DNA of 64,000 nucleotides from Planctomycetota bacterium (GTDB lineage Bacteria; Planctomycetota; UBA1135; UBA2386), in the NCBI GenBank assembly GCA_046290465.1, contig JBKAGP010000001.1:2720001-2784000 (forward strand), given 5' to 3'. A model generated the notes under the pieces. The model searched no databases. It saw nothing but the letters and a program-made list of their open reading frames with translations, and was not told where the DNA came from. Position numbers and translations under genes: made by a program. This document shows, in pieces, positions 46,317-55,551 of the stretch. The stretch's first letter is position 1. Every line of letters begins with the position of its first letter.

Positions 46317-47402
46317 ATGCGCACCGCTGCCTACGTCTGCTCCGGCTGGCACCCGATCCCCGAACGGGACCGTTCGTTCCACCCTGGCTTCACCGAATGG
46401 GAGCTGGTGCGGGCCTGCCGGCCGCGATTCGACGGCCACGCCCAACCGAAGGTGCCGCTGCTCGGCGAGTATGACGACCGCGACCCGGCCGAGTTCGGCC
46501 GCCGCGTGCTGCTGGCGCGCGAGCACGGCGTCGACGCGTTCGTGTTCGGGGTGTTCTGGTGCCGCGGCAAGCGGGTGTTCGAGCAGGGCCTCGACGTCGG
46601 CTTCCTCGGCGGACCGGCCGGCCGCGAGGTGCCGTTCGCGTGCATGTGGGCCAACCGCATGCCGCGCCGCGTGCTGCCGGTCCGGCGCGCCGAGGCGCCG
46701 GTGCTCGATCCATCTCGCGAGGTGCCGTCCGACGTCGACGACTTCGTGCGATTCGTCGCGATGCTGGCCGAGCGCTACTTCGTGCGCGACCACTACGTGA
46801 CGGTCGGTGGCCGCAGCTACCTGTCGATCTTCGACTCGACGTTCTTCGTGCAGGAGCTCGGCCTCGACGGCGCCAAGGCCGCGATCCGCGCGGCGCGCGC
46901 GTGGCTGCGAGAGCACGGCCACCGCGACCTGCACCTGGCGGCGATCGAACCCAACCCCGACGTGATCGGCTCGGTGCGCGAGCTGGGCTTCGACAGCGTC
47001 ACCCACTACGTGTTCCTGCCGGACTGGAAGGGGCGGTTCGAGCAGGACTACCGCGAGTACGCCGAGCTGCGCGCGACCCAGTGGCACACGTTCGCGGAGC
47101 GGTCGGGGCTGCCGTACATGCCCTCGGTCGCTCCCGGATGGGACGCGAGCCCGCGCGGCGCCGACTTCGGCGAGACGCGCCCGGACAAGTACCCGTGGTC
47201 GCCGGTCGTGACGGGCGAGCACCCGGAGCTGTTCGAGGCTGCACTCCGGCGCGCCCGCGCATTCCGTTCGCCGGTCGGCTGCGACGATCCGCTGCTGATG
47301 ATCGCGTCGCTCAACGAATGGAGCGAAGGCCACTATCTGGAGCCCGACGAGCGCTTCGGCCACGGCTGGCTCGAGGCGGTGCGCTCGGCGACGCGCCCCT
47401 AG
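46317..47402 (+). CDS. GH99-like / WbsX-family glycoside hydrolase domain protein
   Basis: PLLGEYD, LAREHGVDAF, MWAN, PGWDASPR, NEWSEGHYLEPD. Confidence 0.85.
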   Translation: MRTAAYVCSGWHPIPERDRSFHPGFTEWELVRACRPRFDGHAQPKVPLLGEYDDRDPAEFGRRVLLAREHGVDAFVFGVFWCRGKRVFEQGLDVGFLGGPAGREVPFACMWANRMPRRVLPVRRAEAPVLDPSREVPSDVDDFVRFVAMLAERYFVRDHYVTVGGRSYLSIFDSTFFVQELGLDGAKAAIRAARAWLREHGHRDLHLAAIEPNPDVIGSVRELGFDSVTHYVFLPDWKGRFEQDYREYAELRATQWHTFAERSGLPYMPSVAPGWDASPRGADFGETRPDKYPWSPVVTGEHPELFEAALRRARAFRSPVGCDDPLLMIASLNEWSEGHYLEPDERFGHGWLEAVRSATRP

Positions 47403-47466
47403 AGGGACCCGCGGTCGAAGCGACGGGATCGATGGCATCGACGAGGCCGTGGCCTATCCTGGTCGC

Positions 47467-47904
47467 ATGCTCGATACAGGCTCCCCGGCACCGGACTTCT
47501 CGGTGCTCGACGACGAAGGCAACACGCGCACGCTCGGTGAGTTCGCCGGCAAGACGCTCGTGCTGTGGTTCTACCCGAAGGCCGACACCCCCGGCTGAAC
47601 GATCGAAGGCAAGGGCTTCCGTGATCTGAAGCCCCAATTCGACGCCAAGAACGCGGTGATCTGCGGCGTCTCGTTCGACTCCGTCGAGGCGAACCACGCG
47701 TTCCGCGAGAAGTTCGACTTTCCCTACGCGCTGCTGTGCGACACCGACAAGCAGCTCGGCATCGCGTGCGGCGCGGCTGACGACGCGAGCGCGGGCTACC
47801 CCAAGCGCATCTCGATCGTGATCGGCCCCGACGGCAAGGTCGCGCAGGTCTACGGCGAGGTGAAGCCGGCCGAGCACCCGCAACAGGTGCTCGACGCGCT
47901 GTAG
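47467..47904 (+). CDS. bcp: BCP/PrxQ peroxiredoxin, predicted selenoprotein (UGA at 47596-47598 replaces the peroxidatic Cys); 145 aa
   Basis: MLDTGSPAPDFSVLDDEG...VLWFYPKADTPG-TGA-TIEGKGFRD...GVSFD...F.EKF.FPY.LL.D...KRIS.VIGPDG in one frame. Confidence 0.9.
47613..47634 (+). promoter_or_regulatory. Candidate bacterial SECIS of bcp
   Basis: GGGCUUC-CGUGAUCU-GAAGCCC stem-loop starting 15 nt after the UGA. Confidence 0.6.
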
Positions 47905-47907
47905 CGA

Positions 47908-49185
47908 TCAGGCGCCGTCCTGCTGGCCGCCATCCTGCTGGCCACCGTCTTCCTGGGGGCCATCCGGCCCCCAGGGATTGGTCGCCCGGCGGCCGCCGCC
48001 GTGGCGCACCGCGCCTTCGCCGTGGCGGTCGCGGATCGCGTCCATCGCCTGCAGCAGCTTGCTGCGCTGCTCGCTCCGTTCGGCCTGCGGCTGTTCTTCG
48101 GCGACCGCGAACAGCGAGCCCTGCACCGGCTTCGGCGCCGCCGCTTCCTCGGCGTCGACCAGGTCGGCCCCGGTCACGCCCAGCAGCCGGATCGGCCTGC
48201 GGCCGTCCCAGACCGTATCGAGCAGCTCACCGGCGACGCGGAACAGCTCGAGATCGTCGTCGGTCGGCGCCCCCTTGCGCTGCCGCTGCGAGGTCTCGAA
48301 CGGCGGGTGCCGCAGCTTGAGCCGCACGACGCTCGCGCGCTGGCCGGCGCGGCGCAGGCGGCGGCCGACCATCTCGGCGAGCTGCAGCAGCACCTCGCGC
48401 ACCTCGTCGCGGCCGGCCAGGTCCTCGGCGAACGTCATCTCGTGGCCGATCGACCTGGCGGCGCGGTCGCGCACCACCCGCCGTTCGTCCAGCCCGTTCG
48501 CGAGCACGAACAGGTGCGCCCCGAGCTTGTCGCCGAAGCCGTCGACGAGCTGCTGGCGCGAACGGGACTGCACGTCGCGGATCGAGCGCAGGCCGGCCCG
48601 CTCCAGCAGCGCGCGCGTCGCCGGCCCGACGCCCCAAAGGCGCGACAGCGGCAGGTCCGCCAGGAACGCCTTCTCGGTGCCCGGTTCGACCACGACCAGC
48701 CCGTCCGGCTTGTCCAGGTCGCTGGCGACCTTGGCGACGTACTTCGACGTGGCCACGCCGACCGACACCCGCAGCCGGGTCCGTTCGAACACCTCGCGCT
48801 TGATGCGCTCGGCGATCGCCCGGCCGTCGCCGAACAGCGCGCGGCTGCCGGTCACGTCGAGGAACGCCTCGTCGAGCGACAGCGGTTCGACGTCGTCGGT
48901 GAACGTGTCGAACACCTCGTGGATCTGCTCGGAGATGCGCGCGTAGTGCGCCATGCGCGGCTCGACGAAGATGCCGTCCGGACACAGCTGCCTGGCGCGC
49001 TTGCCCGGCATCGCCGAATGCACCCCGAACTTGCGCGCCTCGTAGCTGGCCGTGCTGACCACCTGCCGCGCGCCGTAGCCACCGATGATCACCGGCCGGC
49101 CGCGCAATTCCGGTCGGTCCCGCTGCTCGACGGCCGCGTAGAACGCGTCCATGTCGGCGTGCAGGATCGTGCGCGGAGCGGTCAC
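47908..49185 (-). CDS. dinB: DNA polymerase IV
   Basis: HADMDAFYAAVE, ASYEARKFGVHSAM, SLDEAFLD, AKVASDLDKPDG. Confidence 0.95.
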   Translation of the reverse strand: MTAPRTILHADMDAFYAAVEQRDRPELRGRPVIIGGYGARQVVSTASYEARKFGVHSAMPGKRARQLCPDGIFVEPRMAHYARISEQIHEVFDTFTDDVEPLSLDEAFLDVTGSRALFGDGRAIAERIKREVFERTRLRVSVGVATSKYVAKVASDLDKPDGLVVVEPGTEKAFLADLPLSRLWGVGPATRALLERAGLRSIRDVQSRSRQQLVDGFGDKLGAHLFVLANGLDERRVVRDRAARSIGHEMTFAEDLAGRDEVREVLLQLAEMVGRRLRRAGQRASVVRLKLRHPPFETSQRQRKGAPTDDDLELFRVAGELLDTVWDGRRPIRLLGVTGADLVDAEEAAAPKPVQGSLFAVAEEQPQAERSEQRSKLLQAMDAIRDRHGEGAVRHGGGRRATNPWGPDGPQEDGGQQDGGQQDGA

Positions 49186-49428
49186 GCCCGCATCTTAGCC
49201 GCGGCCGCGCCCCGCACCCGGCGGAAGAAGCGGTGTCGCCGTCGCCGGCCGATGTCAACGCTACCAGCGACGACCGGCGACGGCACACCTGGGCAGGGCG
49301 ACCCAAGGGGGATGAAGCCGCCACGCCTCCGCGGGACCCCCGCCGCACGGTTTTCGGTACCGACTTCCGGCTCCGCTGGGTCCCATGTGGCGGAAACGAC
49401 GCCGCCTGGATAACCTTCTCCGCCCCAT

Positions 49429-49881
49429 ATGTTCGAGGACTTCGACCCCAAGACCGTCCTGGCCACCGAGAAGGCCAAAGCGCTGGCCGAGCAGCTGGAA
49501 GACGAGTCGGTTGCGACCGGGCACCTGATCTACGGCCTGACCGTCGACCAGAGCGTCTGCCTGCACCACATCTTCCTCGACCTCAACGTCGACCCGGACA
49601 TGTTCTCGGGCTACGTCGACAGCCTGCCGCGCGAACCCGAGGTGCCGAACGGCCCGTGGAACCGCCACTGCATGACCGTGTTCGAACGCGCTCGCGACGC
49701 GGCGCAGGAACTCGGCAGCAAGATCGTGCGCCCCGAGCACATGGCGCTCGCGGTGCTGTCGATCAAGGCGGGCAGCTGCTACGAGACCCTCAAGGAGTTC
49801 TCGATCGATCCGGGCTACGTGCAGCAGCTGATCATGCAGGCCATGGGCATGGACCCCGAGCAGGTCCCCGAGTGGTTCTGA
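49429..49881 (+). CDS. Stand-alone Clp N-terminal repeat domain protein
   Basis: Two repeats: A..LA..L....V.TGHLIYGL and A...A..LG...V.PEHMALA. Confidence 0.75.
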   Translation: MFEDFDPKTVLATEKAKALAEQLEDESVATGHLIYGLTVDQSVCLHHIFLDLNVDPDMFSGYVDSLPREPEVPNGPWNRHCMTVFERARDAAQELGSKIVRPEHMALAVLSIKAGSCYETLKEFSIDPGYVQQLIMQAMGMDPEQVPEWF

Positions 49882-49995
49882 TCGCGTAGTCGCGGGCAGA
49901 CGTTCGCCCGCGGCGCGCACGCTCGCGACCGGTTCGGCATCTCTCGTACACGATACGGCGGCCGCGGGGTCGCATAGCATCGGAGGTCCCAACCG

Positions 49996-52488
49996 ATGTC
50001 GCAGGTCTCGCCGCTCGATCGACTGCTCGCCGAAGAACCGTTCGTCCGCACGCTGGCGCAGGCGCTGCTGGCCGAGGAGGCCGACGAGGTGGTGCAGCAG
50101 ACGTGGCTGCGCGCGATGAAGCACGGCGGCGACGGCGTCACCCAGCCGCGTTCGTGGCTCGCCAGCATCGCGCGCAACGTCGCCAACAACCTGCTGCGCG
50201 ACCGCCGCCGCCGCCAGGCGCGCGAACGCGCGGCACGCACCGACGAGCTGGCGCCGTCCTCGGCCGAGCTGATGGAGCGCGAGGAGCAGCGCAAGCGGCT
50301 GGTCGACGCGATCGACGCGCTGCCGAGCCAGCTGCGCACCGTGCTGCTGCTGCGCTACTACGAGGGCCTGGCGCCGCGCCACATCGCGGCCAAGACCGGC
50401 CTGTCCAACGACACCGTGCGCAACCGGATCCGGCGGGCGCTGCAGCTGCTGCGAGAACGGCTCGACGCCGGCAACGACGGCGACCGGCGCGCGTGGATGC
50501 TCGCGATGATCCCGATCGCCTGCCCGACGCCGGCGCAGGCCGCACCCGCGGTCGCGGCGGTGCCGTTCGCCGCGGTCCTGACGCTGACGCTGCTGGCGGG
50601 CATCGTCGCGATCGCGGTCGCGACCTGGGCGTTGTGGCCGCCCCCACCCGCGACCGCGCCGACGGCGTCCTCGGCCCCGGCTGGCGACGGCTCGCAAGCG
50701 GCGCCGGCGTCCGCCATCGACGACGCCGCCGCCGCGCCGGCGACCGGCCCGACCCCGACCGTCGCCCCTGCTGTCGAAGCGGCTGCGATCCATGCGGCTG
50801 CCGTCGAAGCCGCCGCCGCAACGCTGCCGCGCACCGGCCACCTCGAGGTCCACGTGCGGCACAGCGACGGCTCGCCGGCCGCCGACGTGCGGCTGCTGGT
50901 GCACGACCATGCCGGCGACCAGCGCGCCCCGCACGCCGAGGCCACCTCCAACGACGCCGGCGTCGCCCGCTTCGAACGGCTGCCCGCGACCGAGCTGTGG
51001 GTCAGCAGCGATCGCGGCACCCGGCCGCTGGTCACCACCATCGAGCCCGACGCGTGCGCGGTGCGCGAGTTCCGTCTCGAGCAGGGCGTGCACGTCGTCG
51101 GCGTCGTCGTCGACGGACTCGGCCAGCCGGTGCCGTTCGCGAGCGTCGAAGGCGCGCCGCTGGCGCTCGCCACGCTCGACGTGCAGCACCTCTGCCGCGC
51201 CGACGCCGACGGCCGCTTCGAACTGCGCGACGTGCACACCCGCTCCGTGCTCGGCGCGCGCGCACCGGGTCGGCTGCCCGGCGTGATGGAGGCGGTGCGC
51301 GGCCGCCCGGGCAGCAGCGTGCGCGTGCGCCTGACGGTCGGCGGCGTCGCGGCCGACGTGCGCGGGGTGGTGCGCGCGCCCGACGGTTCGCCGATCGCCG
51401 GGGCGACCGTGCGGGTCGGCGGCGGCCGCACCAGCGGCCTGCACATGGACGGCAACGTGCACCCGCCGATGCCGGCGCTGGCGCGCACCGACGACGCCGG
51501 CGCGTTCGTCGCCACCGGGGTGCCGCGCGGCCGGCTGTCGGTCGCGGTGGTCGCGCGCGGCTTCGCGCCGTGGTTCGGTGAGGTCGACCGTGCAGGCGCG
51601 GCCGACGTCGCGGTCGAACTGCAGCCGGGCGCGGTCGTCATCGGACGCGTCGAACTGCCGGACGGCGCCCCCGCCGCCGGCGCCCAGGTCGAGTACGGAC
51701 GCCTGCACGCGTTCGACTACCAGCGCACCCGGGCCGATCGCGACGGCCGCTTCCGGCTCGATCGGCTGCCGGCCGGTCCGGTCGAAGTGCGCGCGCACGT
51801 GCAGCAGGTCGGCGGCGCACGGCGACAGCTGCAGGTCGCGATCGGCCAGCCGACGCGCTGCCGACTGCGGCTCGACGGGTTCGGGCGGCCGCATGCGCCG
51901 GGCCCGGGCATGCACGACCGGGCCCAGCCGGGCGTGCCGGCGCTGCCGCGGCCCGGCCCCGAGTCCCCGCCCGCCGGTCCGCGCCGCGGCAGCTGCGCGA
52001 TCCGCGGCTACGTGCTCGGGCCCGACGGCAACCCGATCCCCGACGCGCAGGTGGTGGCCGTGCGGCGCGGCGCCCGCGGCGGCCACCGGATCGAGCGCCT
52101 CAGCGAGGACGACGGCGCGTTCGACCTCGGCCCGCTGCCGCCCGGGATGTGGCGCGTCGACGTGTTCGCGGCCGGCCTCGCGCCGATCTCGAGCGAACGG
52201 TTCGCGCTGCGCGAGGGCGAGGCGATCGACCTCGGCGACCTCGACGTGCCGGCCGGCGGACGCCTGCGCATCCACCTGCCCCGACGCCTGCGCGACCACG
52301 CCCGAGTCGTGGTGCTGCCGTCGATCACCGAGCTGCCGCTGCCCGTGCACCACGTCAACGACGCGCGCGAGACCGACTACCTGCCGGCGGGCACCTACGA
52401 GGTGCTGGTCTCCGATCGCGGCCGCGAACTGGCCCGCTGCAAGGCGACCGTCGTCGTCGACCGGGTCACCGACGTGACCGTTCGCTGA
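49996..52488 (+). CDS. ECF sigma factor fused to a TM segment and carboxypeptidase-regulatory-like repeats
   Basis: ADEVVQQTWL, SWLASIARN, TVRNRIRRALQLLRERL; repeated G.V...DG.P..GA.V. Confidence 0.82.
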   Translation: MSQVSPLDRLLAEEPFVRTLAQALLAEEADEVVQQTWLRAMKHGGDGVTQPRSWLASIARNVANNLLRDRRRRQARERAARTDELAPSSAELMEREEQRKRLVDAIDALPSQLRTVLLLRYYEGLAPRHIAAKTGLSNDTVRNRIRRALQLLRERLDAGNDGDRRAWMLAMIPIACPTPAQAAPAVAAVPFAAVLTLTLLAGIVAIAVATWALWPPPPATAPTASSAPAGDGSQAAPASAIDDAAAAPATGPTPTVAPAVEAAAIHAAAVEAAAATLPRTGHLEVHVRHSDGSPAADVRLLVHDHAGDQRAPHAEATSNDAGVARFERLPATELWVSSDRGTRPLVTTIEPDACAVREFRLEQGVHVVGVVVDGLGQPVPFASVEGAPLALATLDVQHLCRADADGRFELRDVHTRSVLGARAPGRLPGVMEAVRGRPGSSVRVRLTVGGVAADVRGVVRAPDGSPIAGATVRVGGGRTSGLHMDGNVHPPMPALARTDDAGAFVATGVPRGRLSVAVVARGFAPWFGEVDRAGAADVAVELQPGAVVIGRVELPDGAPAAGAQVEYGRLHAFDYQRTRADRDGRFRLDRLPAGPVEVRAHVQQVGGARRQLQVAIGQPTRCRLRLDGFGRPHAPGPGMHDRAQPGVPALPRPGPESPPAGPRRGSCAIRGYVLGPDGNPIPDAQVVAVRRGARGGHRIERLSEDDGAFDLGPLPPGMWRVDVFAAGLAPISSERFALREGEAIDLGDLDVPAGGRLRIHLPRRLRDHARVVVLPSITELPLPVHHVNDARETDYLPAGTYEVLVSDRGRELARCKATVVVDRVTDVTVR

Positions 52489-52965
52489 TCAGCTGCGCTG
52501 CTGCAGGCGCGCCTTGCGGCGCGCTTCGGCCTCGCGGAAGCGGCGCTGCTCCTCGTCGGTATCGGGCGTGACGATCGGGACCACGCGCGGCTTGCGCGTC
52601 TCCGGATCCAGCGACACGAACGTCAGGTAGGCCGAGGCGACGTGGTTGCGGTGGCCGGTCGGACGCTCCTCCTGCCAGACCTTGACGCCGACCTCCATCG
52701 AGGTGCGGCCGGTGTAGTTGACCGAGGCCAGCAGCACGATGACGCTGCCGACCGGCACCGGGTTGTGGAAGTCGACGTTGTCGACGCTCGCGGTGACCAC
52801 CGGCGTGCGCGCGTGGCGGCCGGCGCAGACGGCCGCGCAGACGTCGATCCAGTGCATGACCCGGCCGCCCATCGCGTTGCCGAGCGGGTTGGCGTCGTTG
52901 GGCATGACGATCTCCGTCATCTCGACGCGGCTTTCGTGGACGGGGCGCTTCCTGCGTTCGGTCAT
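52489..52965 (-). CDS. Acyl-CoA thioesterase (hotdog fold)
   Basis: PNDANPLGNAMGG..MHWID, VTASVD, GRTSMEVGV. Confidence 0.92.
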   Translation of the reverse strand: MTERRKRPVHESRVEMTEIVMPNDANPLGNAMGGRVMHWIDVCAAVCAGRHARTPVVTASVDNVDFHNPVPVGSVIVLLASVNYTGRTSMEVGVKVWQEERPTGHRNHVASAYLTFVSLDPETRKPRVVPIVTPDTDEEQRRFREAEARRKARLQQRS

Positions 52966-53027
52966 CGCCGGCGACTGTAGGCCCACGCGCGCCGCGGCCA
53001 AGGGAAGAACGGGCGCGCCCCCGCAGG

Positions 53028-53396
53028 TCAGCGGCCCTTCTGCAGGACCGCCTCGACCGGCACCGCCTCGAGCTCGACCGGCTCGTCGCACTCGAACAGC
53101 ACCGCGCAGCCGCGCGCCAGCGTCCAGGTGCCGACGTCCCGTTCGTCCTTCTGGAACGGCACCCGCCGCGAGAACCGGCCGTTCGCATCGGCGTGTCCGA
53201 CCCAGCGGCCGCTGCGATCGAGCACGCGATAGAGCACCACCGGGCCGCTCGGATCGCGGATCTCGAACTTGACCAGTTCGCCGAGTTCGGCGCCGTCGGC
53301 CTTCACCGTCCAGCGCTCGAGCTCGACGACCTCGCGCGGCTGCAACGGCGGCGGCTCGGGCGGCGGCGCGCTGCAGGCGGCCAGGAACAACCCCAT
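53028..53396 (-). CDS. Hypothetical lipoprotein; true start uncertain and probably further upstream
   Basis: LAAC lipobox followed by a Pro-rich linker. Confidence 0.55.
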   Translation of the reverse strand: MGLFLAACSAPPPEPPPLQPREVVELERWTVKADGAELGELVKFEIRDPSGPVVLYRVLDRSGRWVGHADANGRFSRRVPFQKDERDVGTWTLARGCAVLFECDEPVELEAVPVEAVLQKGR

Positions 53397-53529
53397 CAGG
53401 CCCGCGGTCGGGCCGGGCCCGAGCCGGGCGAACAGAACATGCTTCGGTCGAACGATCGCGATCTCCTTGGTGGCGCTGACCGCGTTGTATCCGCAGAATA
53501 CTCCGCCCGCCAAGGGCGGCCCCTCCACC

Positions 53530-54600
53530 ATGACGTCGATGAAAGGAGTCCAGCTCTCCTCCCCCGGTCAGTACCGCCTGCGCACGGATCTGACAGTACC
53601 GGAGCCCCAACCGGGCGAAGTGCGCATCAAGGTCGCGGCCGCGGGCATCTGCGGCACCGACGTGCACATCTGCAGCGGCGACCCGTCGATGAACGGCCTG
53701 ATCGCCCCGCCGGTGACGCTCGGTCACGAGTTCTGCGGCCATATCGACAAGCTCGGCGACGGCGTCGACGAGCAGGACTACCCGCTCGGCACCTACGTCA
53801 GCGCCGAGATGCACGAGATCTGCGGCGAATGCCCGGCGTGCGTCAGCGAGGCCTTCCACGCCTGCGCGACCGCGCGCATCCGCGGCATCAACCTCGACGG
53901 CGCGTTCGCCGAGTACGTCGTGGTCACCGCCGGCAACGTCGTCAAGCTGCCGAAGGACCTGCCGATGCAGGTCGCCGCGATCCTCGACCCGCTCGGCAAC
54001 GCCGTGCACACGACGCTGAAGGTGCCGGTCGAGAAGAAGAAGGTGGCGATCATCGGCTTCGGCCCGATCGGCGCGATGTGCGGCGAGATCGCGACGTTCG
54101 TCGACGCCGAGCACGTGTTCGTCGTCGACGTCGCCGACAAGGCGCTGGCGCGCGCCCGCGCGTGGGTGATCCGCCGCGGCCTGACCGACCGCGTCACCGT
54201 CGTCGACGGCCGCGAGAAGCCGGTGCAGACGATCGTCGACGCGACCAGGGGCGGCGTCGACGTCGCGCTCGAGATCTCGGGCCACCCTGTCGGCATCAAC
54301 AACGCGATCCAGATGACGCGCCCGGCCGGGCACATCGTCAACCTCGGCCTGCCGAAGGGCGACTCGGTGTCGATCGACGGCTTCTCGAAGAACTTCATCT
54401 TCAAGGGCCTGACGATGCACGCGGTGATCGGCCGCGAGATGTTCCGCACCTGGGACCGCATGCTCGAGTTGCTCGAGAAGGGCCTCGACATCACCCACCT
54501 GGTGACCGCCGAGATGTCGATCGACGAGTTCGGCACCGGCATGCAGCGCTTCGGCGAGGGCCTCGAGCAGAAGGTCGTGCTCTACCCGCACAAGGTCTGA
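53530..54600 (+). CDS. tdh: L-threonine 3-dehydrogenase-like Zn alcohol dehydrogenase
   Basis: GICGTDVHI, GHEF, CGECPAC...C, DPLGNAVHT, IFKGLT...IGREMFRTW. Confidence 0.82.
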   Translation: MTSMKGVQLSSPGQYRLRTDLTVPEPQPGEVRIKVAAAGICGTDVHICSGDPSMNGLIAPPVTLGHEFCGHIDKLGDGVDEQDYPLGTYVSAEMHEICGECPACVSEAFHACATARIRGINLDGAFAEYVVVTAGNVVKLPKDLPMQVAAILDPLGNAVHTTLKVPVEKKKVAIIGFGPIGAMCGEIATFVDAEHVFVVDVADKALARARAWVIRRGLTDRVTVVDGREKPVQTIVDATRGGVDVALEISGHPVGINNAIQMTRPAGHIVNLGLPKGDSVSIDGFSKNFIFKGLTMHAVIGREMFRTWDRMLELLEKGLDITHLVTAEMSIDEFGTGMQRFGEGLEQKVVLYPHKV

Positions 54601-54605
54601 CCGCG

Positions 54606-55367
54606 ATGCCCCCCACAGAGCAGCCGCAGCTGCGCAAGATGACGCTGCGTGACGTTCCCGGAGTGCTGCAGTGGATCGCTGCGGTCGACGAGGAGGACGC
54701 CGCACAGGCCCGCCAGGAGTTCGCCGAGAACCTCGATGGCCAGTACCTGTTCGCCGACGGCGAACGGCTGATCGGCACCACCGGCTTCGAACCGATCGAG
54801 GGCACCGACGGCTCGTGCTGGCTCGGCTGGACCGCGACCGCCCCGGACGCGCGGCCCGAGGACGCGGTCGCGATGCTCGCCGAGCTGGTGACGCGGCTGC
54901 AGGCCAACGAGGTGCGCAAGGTGTTCGCCGAGACCAGCGATCCGGCCGAGGCTGGGCTGCGCGAGCTGCTGGTGCAGGCCGGCTTCCAGGAGGAGCTGCG
55001 CCACGAAGGCTACTACGAGTCCGGCGAGGCGATGGTCGGCCTCGGCCTGCGGCTGTTCCCGCCGGCGCCGGAGCCGATCGACGCCGACGAGCGCGCCCCG
55101 CGCCTGCTCGACCTGCTCGAGATCGACGACGCCGACGGCACCTACTTCGTCGACTGGGAGTTCGCCGACGAGGCGGGCCCCGACGAGCTCGCCCAGGCCG
55201 TCGAGTTCGCGCGCGGCCGCGGCGGCCGCGTGCTGTTCGCGTCGGCACCGTCGCACGCGGTCGGCGCCGCGCGCGCGTTCGAGGCCGCCGGCCTGCAGCG
55301 CGCCGGTCGCTGGCTCGACTTCCACGAGGACGACGTGCACGAAGAGCACTACCGGCGGGATCTGTAG
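54606..55367 (+). CDS. GNAT-family acetyltransferase-like protein (two domains)
   Basis: LIGTTG...WLGW, AGFQEE...YY..GE. Confidence 0.65.
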   Translation: MPPTEQPQLRKMTLRDVPGVLQWIAAVDEEDAAQARQEFAENLDGQYLFADGERLIGTTGFEPIEGTDGSCWLGWTATAPDARPEDAVAMLAELVTRLQANEVRKVFAETSDPAEAGLRELLVQAGFQEELRHEGYYESGEAMVGLGLRLFPPAPEPIDADERAPRLLDLLEIDDADGTYFVDWEFADEAGPDELAQAVEFARGRGGRVLFASAPSHAVGAARAFEAAGLQRAGRWLDFHEDDVHEEHYRRDL

Positions 55368-55449
55368 GCGCGCAGGCAATCTGTAGGTGCGCAGGGACGA
55401 TGAGCGCGCAGGGATCTGGCAGCGCGCAGGGGTCTGGGGGCGCGGAGGG
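55360..55449. repeat. Degenerate 17-19-bp tandem repeat, 5 copies
   Basis: ATCTGTAGGCGCGCAGGCA / ATCTGTAGGTGCGCAGGG / ACGATGAGCGCGCAGGG / ATCTGGCAGCGCGCAGGG / GTCTGGGGGCGCGGAGGG. Confidence 0.7.
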
Positions 55450-55551
55450 CCCGCGGCGCTTGCATGCCCCGCCGAACACCCCTTACGTTCGGGAGCTCAG
55501 AGTCCGTGGACGACGGACCAGCGAGGAGTGCAACCGCAGCGACCAGGCCCC

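Noticed and set aside
26592..47904. Treating the TlpA-like and bcp genes as nonsense pseudogenes, or UGA as globally reassigned to Trp/Gly
   Set aside because: Both UGAs sit exactly at the catalytic Cys with intact downstream frames and hairpins. Many other genes here end at TGA at their expected C-termini, and Trp is encoded by TGG.
55360..55449. Possible CRISPR array
   Set aside because: Units are adjacent and degenerate with no unique spacers, and there are no cas genes.
49261..55479. Long minus-strand ORFs of 1030 and 996 aa
   Set aside because: Arg/Ala/Pro-rich shadow frames; only the last 158 codons of the second are a real thioesterase.
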